From Blastocatellia bacterium (lineage in GTDB: Bacteria; Acidobacteriota; Blastocatellia; UBA7656): a stretch of 64,000 bases of DNA. Positions 9,892 through 20,000 of the stretch are shown in pieces (positions within the stretch are counted from its first letter, which is position 1; every line of letters starts with the position of its first letter). The translations under genes and the position numbers were made by a program. The stretch covers positions 151,178 to 215,177 of the forward strand of contig DATENM010000014.1 of NCBI GenBank assembly GCA_035275065.1, given 5' to 3'. The notes under the pieces were generated by a model. The model was not told the origin of the DNA. It did no database searches and was given only the letters and a program-made list of their open reading frames with translations.

Positions 9892-10491
9892 ATGAGCGCA
9901 TTGGAGACGGCAGGCAAGGTATTGAGTCTGGCGAGTCTAATTCAACCCGCTGTGACGAGCGAGCCGGTCGCGTCTACGGAAGTCGCGCTGGTCGAAGCCG
10001 TGCGCGCCGGCGACCGCGAAGCCTTCGGGCGGCTCTATGCGCTGTACGCGCCGATGGTGCATGGCGTCTTGCTGGCGCGCGTGCCGTACCGCGACGTTGA
10101 CGATCTGGTTCAGGATGTTTTTCTGTCGGCGCTCAAACGTCTCGGCTCGCTGCGCGAAGCGGCGGCCTTCGGCGGCTGGCTGGCAATGATCGCGCGCAAC
10201 CGCGCCGTTGATTATTACCGCCGGGCGCACGAGACCGAAGAGTTGACAGACGAGATGCCGGTCACGAGCCACTGCGATACCGAAGCCGAGCACGAAGCGG
10301 CGCGCATGCTCGAAGTCGTGCGCGGCTTGCCCGAAGCCTATCGCGAAACGCTGGTCTTGCGACTGGTCGAAGGCATGACGGGGCCAGAGATTGCCGGGCG
10401 AACCGGCATGACACCGGCTTCGGTGCGCGTCAACCTGCATCGCGGCATGAAGTTGTTGCGCGAAAGGCTCGGTCTGGAGGAACGGGCATGA
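9892..10491 (+). CDS. ECF (sigma-70 family, RpoE-like) sigma factor
   Basis: Region 2-like (LVEAVRAGDREAFGRLYALYAPMVHGV...DDLVQDVFL...FGGWLAMIARNRAVDYYR) and region 4-like (PEAYRETLVLRLVEGMTGPEIAGRTGMTPASVRVNLHRGMKLLRE) segments. Its stop overlaps the next gene's ATG (ATGA at 10488-10491). Confidence 0.85.
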   Translation: MSALETAGKVLSLASLIQPAVTSEPVASTEVALVEAVRAGDREAFGRLYALYAPMVHGVLLARVPYRDVDDLVQDVFLSALKRLGSLREAAAFGGWLAMIARNRAVDYYRRAHETEELTDEMPVTSHCDTEAEHEAARMLEVVRGLPEAYRETLVLRLVEGMTGPEIAGRTGMTPASVRVNLHRGMKLLRERLGLEERA

Positions 10492-11342
10492 AAGACGATT
10501 ATTTGTGGGATGGGTCGGGCGAGCCTGACCCGGACATCGAAGAGATTGAGAAGGCGCTCGGCAGCCTGCGCTTTCAGGCCCGCCCGCTGGATGCGCGCAT
10601 CGAGCAACAGTTGAGCGCGCGCCGCCCGTTTTTTTGGCTCAAGTACGCCGCTGCCGCCGCGATACTCGTGATGGCTGTGGCCGCTGCGTGGCTGCTGCTC
10701 GCCCCCGGCAATCCGCCGCCGAGCGAGCTGCACGCCATCCTCAAGACGCCGGAAGCCGCGCCGCCGCCGCCAGGCCCAGTAATCAGTGACGCCGCGCCAG
10801 TCCATCCGCCGGTGACGGCTTCGGTTAATGCGCCGCCAGCCGGCAAGCGCAGTGCGGCTCCGGTTCATGTGCCAGATCATGTGAATGTCAGAAAGCATGC
10901 GCCGCAAGCAGAGCCCGATGTCATCCATCAACCGCCAACGAATGAGGCGGCCCCGGTCGCAAGCGAAGTGGCGATGGCTTCGCCCATCGCTAATCCGTTC
11001 GTTGATGCCGACACCGGTCGCCACATCGAGCGCGCGCAAATGCTGCTGCGCTCGTTCCGCAACAGCGAAGGGGGCAGCGCGTTCGATCTCGCTTACGAGC
11101 GGCAGAGCGCGCGGCGGTTGCTGGCTAACAACGTGCTGCTACGTCGCGCTGCCGAAGCTCGCGGCAACCTGCCGGTCGGCGATCTGCTCGGCAGCCTTGA
11201 ACCGTTCCTGCTCGACATCGCCAATCTGGCGGACGCACCGGTGCCCGACGACGTGCGCACGATCAAAGCGCGCATGGAGAAGAAAGAGATCATCACCGCC
11301 TTGCAGGTCTATGCGGCACCGACCCTCAGCCGGGCGTTTTAA
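10488..11342 (+). CDS. Putative membrane-anchored anti-sigma factor (single TM, Pro-rich periplasmic region)
   Basis: ATGA overlap with the sigma gene. The order is N-terminal cytoplasmic segment, TM (YAAAAAILVMAVAAAWLLLAP), Pro-rich stretch, then a C-terminal domain. There is no zinc-finger Cys/His. Confidence 0.6.
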   Translation: MKDDYLWDGSGEPDPDIEEIEKALGSLRFQARPLDARIEQQLSARRPFFWLKYAAAAAILVMAVAAAWLLLAPGNPPPSELHAILKTPEAAPPPPGPVISDAAPVHPPVTASVNAPPAGKRSAAPVHVPDHVNVRKHAPQAEPDVIHQPPTNEAAPVASEVAMASPIANPFVDADTGRHIERAQMLLRSFRNSEGGSAFDLAYERQSARRLLANNVLLRRAAEARGNLPVGDLLGSLEPFLLDIANLADAPVPDDVRTIKARMEKKEIITALQVYAAPTLSRAF

Positions 11343-11360
11343 TTCATCGAAGGAGCCATT

Positions 11361-12971
11361 ATGTTTCGCAATTATCTGAATCAGATCAGCCGCCGAGGCA
11401 CACGGACACGCAACCAGGAGAGCATTCCGACGCGGCGCTTTGCTGACGCCGCCCCGGCTTCACGCCGCATGGCGACCCGCCGCCCGAGCCTGGGCGCGCT
11501 CATTATGCTGGCGCTCGCCATCAACGGATTGTTTACGCTGGTCGGCATCATCCGCCCGGCGCGGGCTTACAATCAAGAGCTTGAGAAGCTCAACCGCTTC
11601 GTGCAGACCTCGAACGCTTCGAGCGACGAAGTGGCCATCTTCCGCCAGGGGCGCGACCTGATCGCCGACGAATCGTGGGAGAAGGCCGCCGAAAAGTTCG
11701 GCCAGTACATCGAGAGGTATCCGAAGGGCAAAGAGGTGGATGCGGCGCTCTACTGGCTCAGTTACGCGCAGGTCAAAGAAGAGAACTTTGACGCTGCCAA
11801 CCGCACGATTGCGCGCCTGATGTCGCAGTTCCCGAACTCGCGCTGGCGGCGCGACGCCGAAGCCTTGCGCTTGCAGACGCCGACGCGCCAGCCGGTCGGC
11901 AACATTGACAACATCGAAGGCGATGAGACCAAAGCTATCGCTTTGCAGAGCCTCTTCATGGGCAATCCCGAACAGGGCGCGGTGCAGGCAGCGATCATCC
12001 TGCGCAACCCGAACGCCAGCCGCCACCTGAAAGAGATGGCGGTCTCCTTGCTCGGCCAGCACCGCTCGGCACAGGGCAAAGAGATGCTGGTTGACATTGC
12101 GCGCACCAACACAGATTCGCACCTGCGCAAGACGGCGATCTTCTGGCTCGGCCAGACCGGCGACGAGAACGTCCTCGACCTCCTGAAAGAATTCACCGCC
12201 TCGCCGGATGAAGAGGTCAGCAAAGCGGCGATCTTCGCCATCTCGCAACACAGCAGCCCGCGCGCCGATGCCCTGCTCACAGAGATGGCGAAGTCGGGCG
12301 CGTCGCGGCGGCTGCGCGAAGAAGCCATCTTCTGGGTCAGCCAGCGCGACAATCCGAGCAATGACCAGTTGCTCATGCAAATCTTTGACGCCGACCCGGA
12401 CCCGCAGATTCGCAAGCGCGTCATCTTCGCGCTGACTCAGCGCCATTCGGATGCGGCGCGCGCCAAGCTCTTCGAGATCGCCCGCAGCGCCACTGACAAA
12501 GCGTCGCGCCAGGAAGCCATCTTCTGGGTCGGCCAGCGCGGCGGCGACCAGGCGGCGGACGAGCTGATCAGCCTCTACGACGGCGAGCGCGACACAGAGA
12601 TTCGCAAGAAGATCATCTTCTCGCTCTCGCAGATGAACAATCAGAAGGCGCGCGCCAAGCTCATGGATATCGTGCGCAGCAGCGACGATACCCAGGTGCG
12701 CGGCGAAACCGTCTTCTGGCTGGCGCAGACCGGCGGCGAAAATACGGTGGATTTTCTCGGCCAGCTCTACGACGCGGAAAAGACGATTGAGGTGAAGAAG
12801 AAGATCATCTTCTCGCTCACCCAGGCGCGGGATAAGAAGGCGGCGCTGCATAAGCTGATGGCCATCGTCAAATCTGACGCCGCGCCGGAACTGCGCAAGG
12901 AAGCGGTCTTCTGGATCGGCCAGAGCCGCGACCCGGAAGCCATCAAGTTTCTCGAAGACCTGCTGAAGTAA
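11361..12971 (+). CDS. Membrane-anchored HEAT-repeat protein with YbgF/TPR-like segment
   Basis: AAGGAG lies before the ATG, and there is a TM near residue 45. There are about 10 repeats of a signature [AV][IV]F[WAS][LIV][GST]Q...D... spaced ~31 aa apart, for example AIFWLGQTGDENVLDLL, EAIFWVSQRDNP and KIIFSLTQARDKK. The N-terminal region resembles YbgF/TPR (AALYWLSYAQVKEENFDAA). Confidence 0.65.
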   Translation: MFRNYLNQISRRGTRTRNQESIPTRRFADAAPASRRMATRRPSLGALIMLALAINGLFTLVGIIRPARAYNQELEKLNRFVQTSNASSDEVAIFRQGRDLIADESWEKAAEKFGQYIERYPKGKEVDAALYWLSYAQVKEENFDAANRTIARLMSQFPNSRWRRDAEALRLQTPTRQPVGNIDNIEGDETKAIALQSLFMGNPEQGAVQAAIILRNPNASRHLKEMAVSLLGQHRSAQGKEMLVDIARTNTDSHLRKTAIFWLGQTGDENVLDLLKEFTASPDEEVSKAAIFAISQHSSPRADALLTEMAKSGASRRLREEAIFWVSQRDNPSNDQLLMQIFDADPDPQIRKRVIFALTQRHSDAARAKLFEIARSATDKASRQEAIFWVGQRGGDQAADELISLYDGERDTEIRKKIIFSLSQMNNQKARAKLMDIVRSSDDTQVRGETVFWLAQTGGENTVDFLGQLYDAEKTIEVKKKIIFSLTQARDKKAALHKLMAIVKSDAAPELRKEAVFWIGQSRDPEAIKFLEDLLK

Positions 12972-12997
12972 CGTTTAATTCATTACCGCCGATGTGA

Positions 12998-13049
12998 CGC
13001 AAGCAGATCGCTTGCGCCGCACGGCCTGGCGCAAGCGATCCGCTTGCGC
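12998..13049. terminator. Two tandem GC hairpins after the HEAT gene
   Basis: cgcaagcagatcgcttgcg and gcgcaagcgatccgcttgcgc (9-bp perfect stem), followed by gtcaggaaaaattt. Confidence 0.5.
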
Positions 13050-13129
13050 GTCAGGAAAAATTTGTCTATGCACACTTGAATCTCGCGCCAGTGTGCCGCC
13101 GGGGTTCACGCCATCGAAAGGAGATCATC

Positions 13130-14296
13130 ATGAAAAAGATTCTTTACACCATCGCCCTGCTCTTCGTGGTCAGCCTGACGGTTGCCGATCACACTTACGC
13201 ACAGCGCGGCAACTTCACGCCGGTTGATGGCGCGAGCCTGCGCGGCAAGCTCGACAACGCCATCAGCCGTGGCCGCGCGGCGCAATCGCGCTTCTGGGCC
13301 GGTTATCAATTCGACGTGCGCCCGGGCGTCTGCGTCGATCTCGAGTTCAACAACGATCACGGCGGCAAAACCATCGTTAACGGCATCGTCTATCAGAAAG
13401 GCCAGCGCATCGAGACGCGCAACCTCGGCGTCTTCATGCAGTATGACGCCGCCGGCACGACGCTTGAGCGCGTCGAGCTGTACAACCTCGACCGCGAGCA
13501 TAGCTTCAGCGGCTACCCGGTCTACTGGATGGGCCGCGCCACCGCCGACGAAAGCCTGGCGCTGCTGCGCGGCATCGTTGACGGCAATAACTCGACGAAG
13601 ACCGCCGAGAATGCCGTGATCTCTATTGCCATGCATGACGACGCGCGCATCGAGGGGATCATCGAAGGCTTCGCGCGCAACTCGACTAACAACAAGGTGC
13701 GCCAGTCGGCCGTCTTCTGGATGGGCCAGTTGCCGGGCAGCCACCCCTATCTCGGCGAAGTCGTCCGCAACGAGCAGGAGAATACCGAGCTGCGCAAGCA
13801 GGCGGCCTTCTCGCTCGGCATCAGCAGCGACCCGCAGGCAATGACCACCTTGCAGAGCATCTATGGCACGATCAACAACCACGAGGTGAAGAAGCAGATT
13901 ATCTTCGCCGCCTTTGTCAATAAAGATAGGGATGGCGACGACGACCAGAAGCGAAGCGGCAGCGACGAGGGCACCAACTTTCTGATCCGCGTCGCCGAAA
14001 GCGACAGGGACAACGACCTGAAGAAGCAGGCGCTCTTCTGGGTCGGCCAGCGCGCCGGCCAGCGCTCGCTCGACGTGCTGGGCAAAACCGTCGAGAGCGA
14101 GGACGCCGACACAGACGTGCAGAAGCAGGCGGTCTTTGCCATCAGCCAGCGCCCGAGAGACGAAGCCGTGCCGCTGCTGATCAAGATCGCCAAAACCCAC
14201 GCCAAGCCTGAAGTGCGCAAGCAGGCGATGTTCTGGCTCGGCCAGACCGGCGACCCGCGCGCCCTTGAATTCTTTAAAGAAGTATTATCGAAGTAG
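13130..14296 (+). CDS. Secreted HEAT-repeat protein (paralogous repeat signature to 11361-12971)
   Basis: AAGGAG lies 6 nt before the ATG, followed by a signal peptide MKKILYTIALLFVVSLTVADHTYAQ. Repeats include SAVFWMGQ, QAAFSLGIS, QIIFAAFVN, QALFWVGQRAGQ, QAVFAISQRPRDEAVPLL and QAMFWLGQTGDPRALEFF. Confidence 0.65.
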   Translation: MKKILYTIALLFVVSLTVADHTYAQRGNFTPVDGASLRGKLDNAISRGRAAQSRFWAGYQFDVRPGVCVDLEFNNDHGGKTIVNGIVYQKGQRIETRNLGVFMQYDAAGTTLERVELYNLDREHSFSGYPVYWMGRATADESLALLRGIVDGNNSTKTAENAVISIAMHDDARIEGIIEGFARNSTNNKVRQSAVFWMGQLPGSHPYLGEVVRNEQENTELRKQAAFSLGISSDPQAMTTLQSIYGTINNHEVKKQIIFAAFVNKDRDGDDDQKRSGSDEGTNFLIRVAESDRDNDLKKQALFWVGQRAGQRSLDVLGKTVESEDADTDVQKQAVFAISQRPRDEAVPLLIKIAKTHAKPEVRKQAMFWLGQTGDPRALEFFKEVLSK

Positions 14297-14314
14297 GCAA
14301 GATAAGCACGCATG

Positions 14315-14369
14315 CGCCGAGACACGCAGGAGGCGCGGAATTTTCTCCGTGCCTCCTGCGTGTCTCGGC
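14315..14369. terminator. 23-bp-arm palindrome between convergent HEAT (+) and GH5 (-) genes (bidirectional terminator candidate)
   Basis: gccgagacacgcaggaggcgcgg aattttct ccgtgcctcctgcgtgtctcggc. Confidence 0.55.
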
Positions 14370-14379
14370 ATTCGTTTCG

Positions 14380-15978
14380 TTATTGCGGGTTGGGAAGCGG
14401 TCCCGTTGAGCCGCAGTTCGCCACGGCAAACGGCGCTTGCTGGATGGCGCACAGGAACGAATATTCTTTCTTGCTATTCGCCAGGCCGGTGTAGCCGTTG
14501 CCGAGCAGCCCGAAACTGTCTTCGGTGTTGAGCGACCAGTAAGTCCAGTTCAGGTACGACACAGGCACACCCGAATAGTTCCCCCCGCCGGTCACGTAGC
14601 TGCTCTGAATGAAGTTGACCATGTCGGTGAACCACTGGCCCTGCGAGCCCGCGCCCGCCGAGACGATGTCGGCGTCGGTCTTGCCCGTGCCGAACTCGCC
14701 GATCCACATCGGCGCTTGCGTATAGCCGCCGTGGCCGGTGTTGCCCCACGGGTAGGCCGTGTTGTTCGGGCCGACCGGGTTGACGCCGTTCGTCAAGTTG
14801 AGGTGCGCCCAGAACTTCTTCCAGATGTCGGCCAGGCTCGATGACGAGCAGCCGCTGAAGTAGCAGGTGCCGGCGTTGAACCACGGCTGCTGGTAAAGGC
14901 TCGGACCGTAGTCGTGCGCCGAGTAGACCACTTGATTATTCACCGCCGGGCCGAGGCCCGAAGCGCTGCCGCCGGCGTTCAAGACGATGGGCGCGCCGGG
15001 GTTGTTGGCATTGCCGTTGACGCCCAGCAGGTTGCCGCCATTCCAGTACCAATCATACGGCCCATTGGCCGGTGTCCCCGCGGCGGTCGGGAAGGTGCTG
15101 ACGCCTTCGACAAAGATGAGCGGGTAGTCCCAACCGTTTCTGAAGGCTTCGCCGAAGATGGTGTCGCCGCAACGCTCCGCCGCCAGCCGCCAGTCATGAC
15201 AACTCCCCGTCGCCACACAGGACGGCGTGAACGGATTCGGATTCGGGTTGGTCGCCGGCGAGATGCCGTCGCCGCTGCCCCAGGTCGCGCCACTCAGATA
15301 AGCCGTCCGCGAAGGGGTATGCGGTTCATTGCGCAGGTCATAACCCAACACAACGGGGAAGCCGTCCGAAGCCAGGTAATTGACAACGACCGTGTCGGTC
15401 GCGCCAAGCGTCTGCTTAATGCCGTGCGCCCACTGTTGGGCGCTCACCCAGTCGTTGATCCATTTCTGCTCGGTGTACGAGTTGCCGCCCGACGTGTAGT
15501 ACCACAGCCCATTGCCTTCGGCGGAGTTGCCGGCTTCGGAGCGGTGGTTGTCGAGGATCACATGCAGGCCGAGGGAGCCGGCGTAGTTGACGATCATGGC
15601 CAACACGTCGCGCACGTGCTTGCCCTTGCAGCTCGCGCAGGCGCTCGACGTGTTCGAGTTGGGGATGGGGTCGGTGTCCCACATCTCGTTCGAGAACGGG
15701 ATGCGGATGGTGTTATAGCCGTACTGCTTGATCTGATTAACGATGTACGCGTAATCCTGGGCGTAGAGGCCGTGCGCGGTCTTATCTCTGGTCTCGAAGC
15801 CGTACCAGTTGATGCCGGCAATAACGAACTGCCCGCCGGCGGGGTTGACGATCTTCGGCCCATTCGTAGACCAGCCAGCCGCTTTCACGGCTTCCGCCGA
15901 CTCGAACATCAGGAAACTGAGCATGAGCAAAGCGGCAACGCTTACGACGGTGCTCCTGATCTGCATAGTTTTCTCCAC
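14380..15978 (-). CDS. Glycoside hydrolase family 5 endoglucanase (cellulase-like), secreted
   Basis: Signal peptide (VVSVAALLMLSFLMFESAEA). GH5 hallmarks: YGYNTIRIPF, VILDNHR, the catalytic acid in LRNEPH (NEP motif) and the nucleophile in WIGEFGTG. Confidence 0.85.
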   Translation of the reverse strand: MEKTMQIRSTVVSVAALLMLSFLMFESAEAVKAAGWSTNGPKIVNPAGGQFVIAGINWYGFETRDKTAHGLYAQDYAYIVNQIKQYGYNTIRIPFSNEMWDTDPIPNSNTSSACASCKGKHVRDVLAMIVNYAGSLGLHVILDNHRSEAGNSAEGNGLWYYTSGGNSYTEQKWINDWVSAQQWAHGIKQTLGATDTVVVNYLASDGFPVVLGYDLRNEPHTPSRTAYLSGATWGSGDGISPATNPNPNPFTPSCVATGSCHDWRLAAERCGDTIFGEAFRNGWDYPLIFVEGVSTFPTAAGTPANGPYDWYWNGGNLLGVNGNANNPGAPIVLNAGGSASGLGPAVNNQVVYSAHDYGPSLYQQPWFNAGTCYFSGCSSSSLADIWKKFWAHLNLTNGVNPVGPNNTAYPWGNTGHGGYTQAPMWIGEFGTGKTDADIVSAGAGSQGQWFTDMVNFIQSSYVTGGGNYSGVPVSYLNWTYWSLNTEDSFGLLGNGYTGLANSKKEYSFLCAIQQAPFAVANCGSTGPLPNPQ

Positions 15979-16094
15979 GAGGTTAGAGTCTTGCTGCCAA
16001 AGGCGTCCACAAACTCGGCCATCCTACTGCTGCCGAGATAATAAATCAATGTAATGCCGGCCCCGGACATGCTCAGCTTGCGGCGGCCCGGCGC

Positions 16095-17018
16095 TTGATG
16101 GCGGGCGGCGTTTCTGGCATACAAGCATCAGCCATGAACGACGACTTGTCTTACTATCACGAGCTCATCAGCGACCTCATTAAACTGCCGCGAACGGCTG
16201 ACGAGTGGGCGGGCTACCGGCTGAGTGACGAGCAGGTCGCCTTCTACGAAACCAACGGTTATCTTGCGGGCGTTCGCATCCTGACAGACGGGCAGGTTGA
16301 AGTCTTGCGCCAGGAGCTTGTCACGCTGGTTGACCCGGCGCACCCACGGCATCAGCTGTTTTATGAATTCCACTCAAACGAATCCGCCGACCCTGACACG
16401 ACGCTCTTTCATGCCCTCGGCGCGTGGCGCATCGCGGCGGGCTTTCACGACGTGCTGTGGAATCCGGCATTCACCGTGCCGGCGGCGCAATTGCTGGGCG
16501 GCGCGGTGCGCTTCTGGCACGACCAGTTATTCTCGAAGCCGGCTTCGCACGGCGGCGTGGTCGCATGGCATCAGGATTATTCTTACTGGACGCGGACGCA
16601 GCCGCTGGCGCATCTGACCTGCTGGATCGGCCTCGACGACGCCACCCGCGACAATGGTTGTCTGCATTACATTCCCGGCAGCCACCTCTGGCCCGACCTG
16701 CCGGTCACCGGACTGGCCGGTAACATGGACGCCATTCAATCGGTGTTGACCGATGAGCAGCGCCGGCAGTTCAAGCCCGCCGCCATCGAATTAAAGAAAG
16801 GCGAAGCAGCGTTCCACCATCCACGCATGATTCACGGCTCGTTCGCCAACCTGAGCGACCGTCCGCGCCGCGCTACGGTCATCAACGTCTTCCGCGATGG
16901 CGTCCGGTCGGCCAGCAACGCGCCGCTGCTCGAAGGCGTGCCGGTGATTCCGAGCGGCGAGCCGATGGACGGCCAGTTCTTCCCGCTCCTGTTCGATCCT
17001 ACAGCCGTGGGCCAATAA
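16095..17018 (+). CDS. Phytanoyl-CoA dioxygenase (PhyH) family Fe(II)/2-oxoglutarate oxygenase
   Basis: FWHDQ...WHQDYSYW (HxD) ... HYIPGSH...HGSFAN. The alternative start is Met at 16134. Confidence 0.75.
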   Translation: MMAGGVSGIQASAMNDDLSYYHELISDLIKLPRTADEWAGYRLSDEQVAFYETNGYLAGVRILTDGQVEVLRQELVTLVDPAHPRHQLFYEFHSNESADPDTTLFHALGAWRIAAGFHDVLWNPAFTVPAAQLLGGAVRFWHDQLFSKPASHGGVVAWHQDYSYWTRTQPLAHLTCWIGLDDATRDNGCLHYIPGSHLWPDLPVTGLAGNMDAIQSVLTDEQRRQFKPAAIELKKGEAAFHHPRMIHGSFANLSDRPRRATVINVFRDGVRSASNAPLLEGVPVIPSGEPMDGQFFPLLFDPTAVGQ

Positions 17019-17020
17019 AA

Positions 17021-17085
17021 GGGCGGCGACCCTTGCGAGCCGCCGCCCCTGCATTGCGTCTTCGTTGAGAGAACCAGACGCAATC
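17021..17085. terminator. Two hairpins between convergent PhyH (+) and the giant gene (-)
   Basis: gggcggcg-acccttgcgag-ccgccgccc and gcattgcgtct-tcgttgagagaacc-agacgcaatc (9 bp perfect). Confidence 0.5.
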
Positions 17086-20000
17086 TTATGACGCCACTCG
17101 ACTGCGCCGGCGTTGCAACGCCATAACCCATCGTTTGTCGAAAGACTCAAACCCAACTTCCGCGCCTGACCAGACGGCCAGCCGCAGCGTCTCGGTTGAT
17201 TGTGGCGCTTCGCTTCTGGCCAGCGTGCCGGTCGTCGCCGCGATCAAGGCGTTGGCGATGGTGCCGCTCAACGGAATGAATGCCGCTTCGACGATCAGCG
17301 GATAGCTGACGGCGCGCGTGCTGCTGTAGAACGCTGTGCCGTTCTTGTAATACTTCACCACCCCGCCTTCGATGCTGATGCAGAAGACATCGCCGGTCGT
17401 ATAAGGCAACTCCCACTTGTAGACATTGGCTTCGCGCACTTCGGCGACGCCGTAATCCGTCAGCTTGATGGCGAAATCGATACCCGCGTAATCGGGCACC
17501 GCGGGGTTGCGGGCCAGTCCGCAGAACCGCAGCTTGTTGGTCTCTTGCGCGGTGAATTGCAGGTAGCCGTCGCCCGAGGCGAGCGATTGCTGCGAGCGCG
17601 CTCCGGCATCGGCGGAATCATCGCGCCCGCCGTTTTTCTGCAAGCTGTTGCCGCTGGCGGCGCAGTTGACCATGCCTGTCCAGACGACATTCTGCGGCGT
17701 GCCGCCGGTGCCGCCGCCACCGCCGCCACCGCCACCGCCGCCGCCACCGCCACCACCGCTACTGCTGCCAGCGCTCGGTGTGGTGAAGAGCATATCGCCG
17801 GAGGTCGCGAGGTTGCCCGCCGCGTCGCGTGATTTAACGCGGAAGTGGTAAGTGGTGTTTGCCGCAAGCCCGCTCAAGCTGGCGCTGTGCGAAGTCGCCT
17901 TCGTCGAGTTGAGCGCCGTGCTGCTGCCATAGCTCGCGGTCGCGCCATAATCAACCTGCGTGTCGCTCGCTTCATTGGTCGCCCAGTTAATCGTCGCCCC
18001 TGTGCCGGTGACGTTGGCGCCGCCAACCGCGCTGACGACCGGCGCGGTGGTGTCGCTGCCGCCACCGCCTGAAGCCGGCGGAATCTTGACGATGAAGACA
18101 TCGCGGCGCGACGTTGAGCCCCAGTTGCTCGTAAAGATGGCGAACTGGCCATCGCGGCTCAGGTCAGCACGCGGCGTGTCCCAATAATCACGATAGACCG
18201 AATGATGATGGGCGATACGGCGGACGCGCTGCGAGCCGTCGGTCGAAACCAGATACAGCTCGTTCTTAAACACGCCGCTGTTCGGCAGCGAGTTGGCGAG
18301 GAACATGCTGACTAGCAGCCAGCCTTCGTTATCGCCGAGGAACGAGATGTGATTGCTCTGGCTCCAGTCGTTAGCCCAGCTCAAGACGGTCGTGACTTGA
18401 TGCGGGTTGGCAAGCGGACGAATGTTCAGCGAGTTGTTCCAGTGATCGGAGCCAATGACTGTGCCCTGGCCGCAATCCTTGTGGCCCGGCGAAAAGTCTG
18501 GCGCGCCGTCCGTCAGGTTGACCACCTGCTTGGCTTGCAGGTTGATGACCTTGCCGTTGATGGCCGAGGCCGACGATTGATCGCCGGTCAGCACGTAGAG
18601 GTACTGGCCGCTCTTATCCACCTGCACTTCGTCAACGGCGGTGGTCTGCGCGGTGTAGAGGTTGTTCTGCGCTCGCTGCCATCCCATGTAACCGATGACA
18701 TTCCAGTTGGCATCCTTCAGCGTGAAACCGAAGGCGTTGTCGTCGAGCGACTTCGCCATCTGAAACAGGTTCGCGCCCGGCGCCTGACCGGCGAAGTCTT
18801 TGACTAGCGTGTAGCTGTTCGAGACGACGTTGTAGGCATAAAGCTTCATGCCCGAGTGGCAGTAGATGACATCCGCGTCGGTGCCGCTCCAGTTGATGTC
18901 ATCGTTCCACGGATAGCCGCCGCCCGGCATCGGCACCGCAAACAGGTTGCGCTTATTCGCGATGCGGAAGTTGACCGGGTCGAAGTCATAGAGCGTCGGG
19001 TTGCCGTTGTTGACGAAGACCACCAGCCGCGTACTGTTGCGGTTGAGGCTCGGCCAGTAAGAGTAGCTGTTGGTGTTCGAGCTGCCATCGCGCTCGTCTG
19101 TAACGCGCATGATGGTTGTGCCAAACACCGGGTCAACCAGGGTGCCGCCAGCCGCGGGCAGTGCCGGCGGCGCGGGCTCTGCATAGACGTTCTTATCCGT
19201 CTTGAGCGGGTCTGTGCCGGTGCTGCCACTGCCGCTGCTGCTGCTCGCGTTCGAGCCGGTCATGAAGGTCTGGTCGCCCGAGGTGACGAGGTTGCCCGCC
19301 GCATCACGCGATTTGACGCGGAAGTGATAGACCGCGCCCGCCAACAGACCCGTGAGGCTGGCGCTGTGCGCCGTCACCTGCGCTGAGTTGAGCGCCGTGC
19401 TGCTGCCATAACTGGCCGACGCGCCGTATTCAACCTGCGTGTCGCAGGCTTTGTCGGTCGTCCACGACACGGTCGCGCCACTCGTCGTCAGGCCGCCGGT
19501 CGAAATAACGGAGATGACCGGCGCGGTTGTGGTGCCGCCGCCACCGCCGCCGCCGCCGCCGGTTGAAGCCGCCGTCGTAAACGTGTAATCGCCCGAGGTG
19601 GCGAGATTGCTCGACGCATCACGCGATTTGACGCGGAAGTGATAAGTCGTGCTTGCCGCGAGCCCCGTGAGGCTGGCGCTGTGCGTCGTCGCCTTCGTTG
19701 AATTGAGCGCCGTGCTGCTGCCATACGCCGTCGTCGTGCCGTAGTCCGCCTGTGTGTCGCTGGCTTCGTCGGTCGTCCAGGTCACGGTCGCGGCGTTCGC
19801 GGTGATGCCGGAACTGGCGACGGCGCTGATAACCGGCGGTCTGGTGTCGCCGACAGATTTGACGGTAACGGTTGCGGTCGCTACGACTGGCGGCACGGCG
19901 GACAGCGTCGCTGTGACCGTGTAGGTTCCGGCGGTCGCCGGGGCGGTGTAGAGCCCGCGGTCGCTGATCGTGCCGCCGCTGGCTGACCAGTTCATGCCCA

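Noticed and set aside
9798-10100. ORF 9798-10100 + (100 aa)
   Set aside because: It starts inside the long palindrome and overlaps the ECF sigma gene out of frame. It has Arg-rich junk composition.
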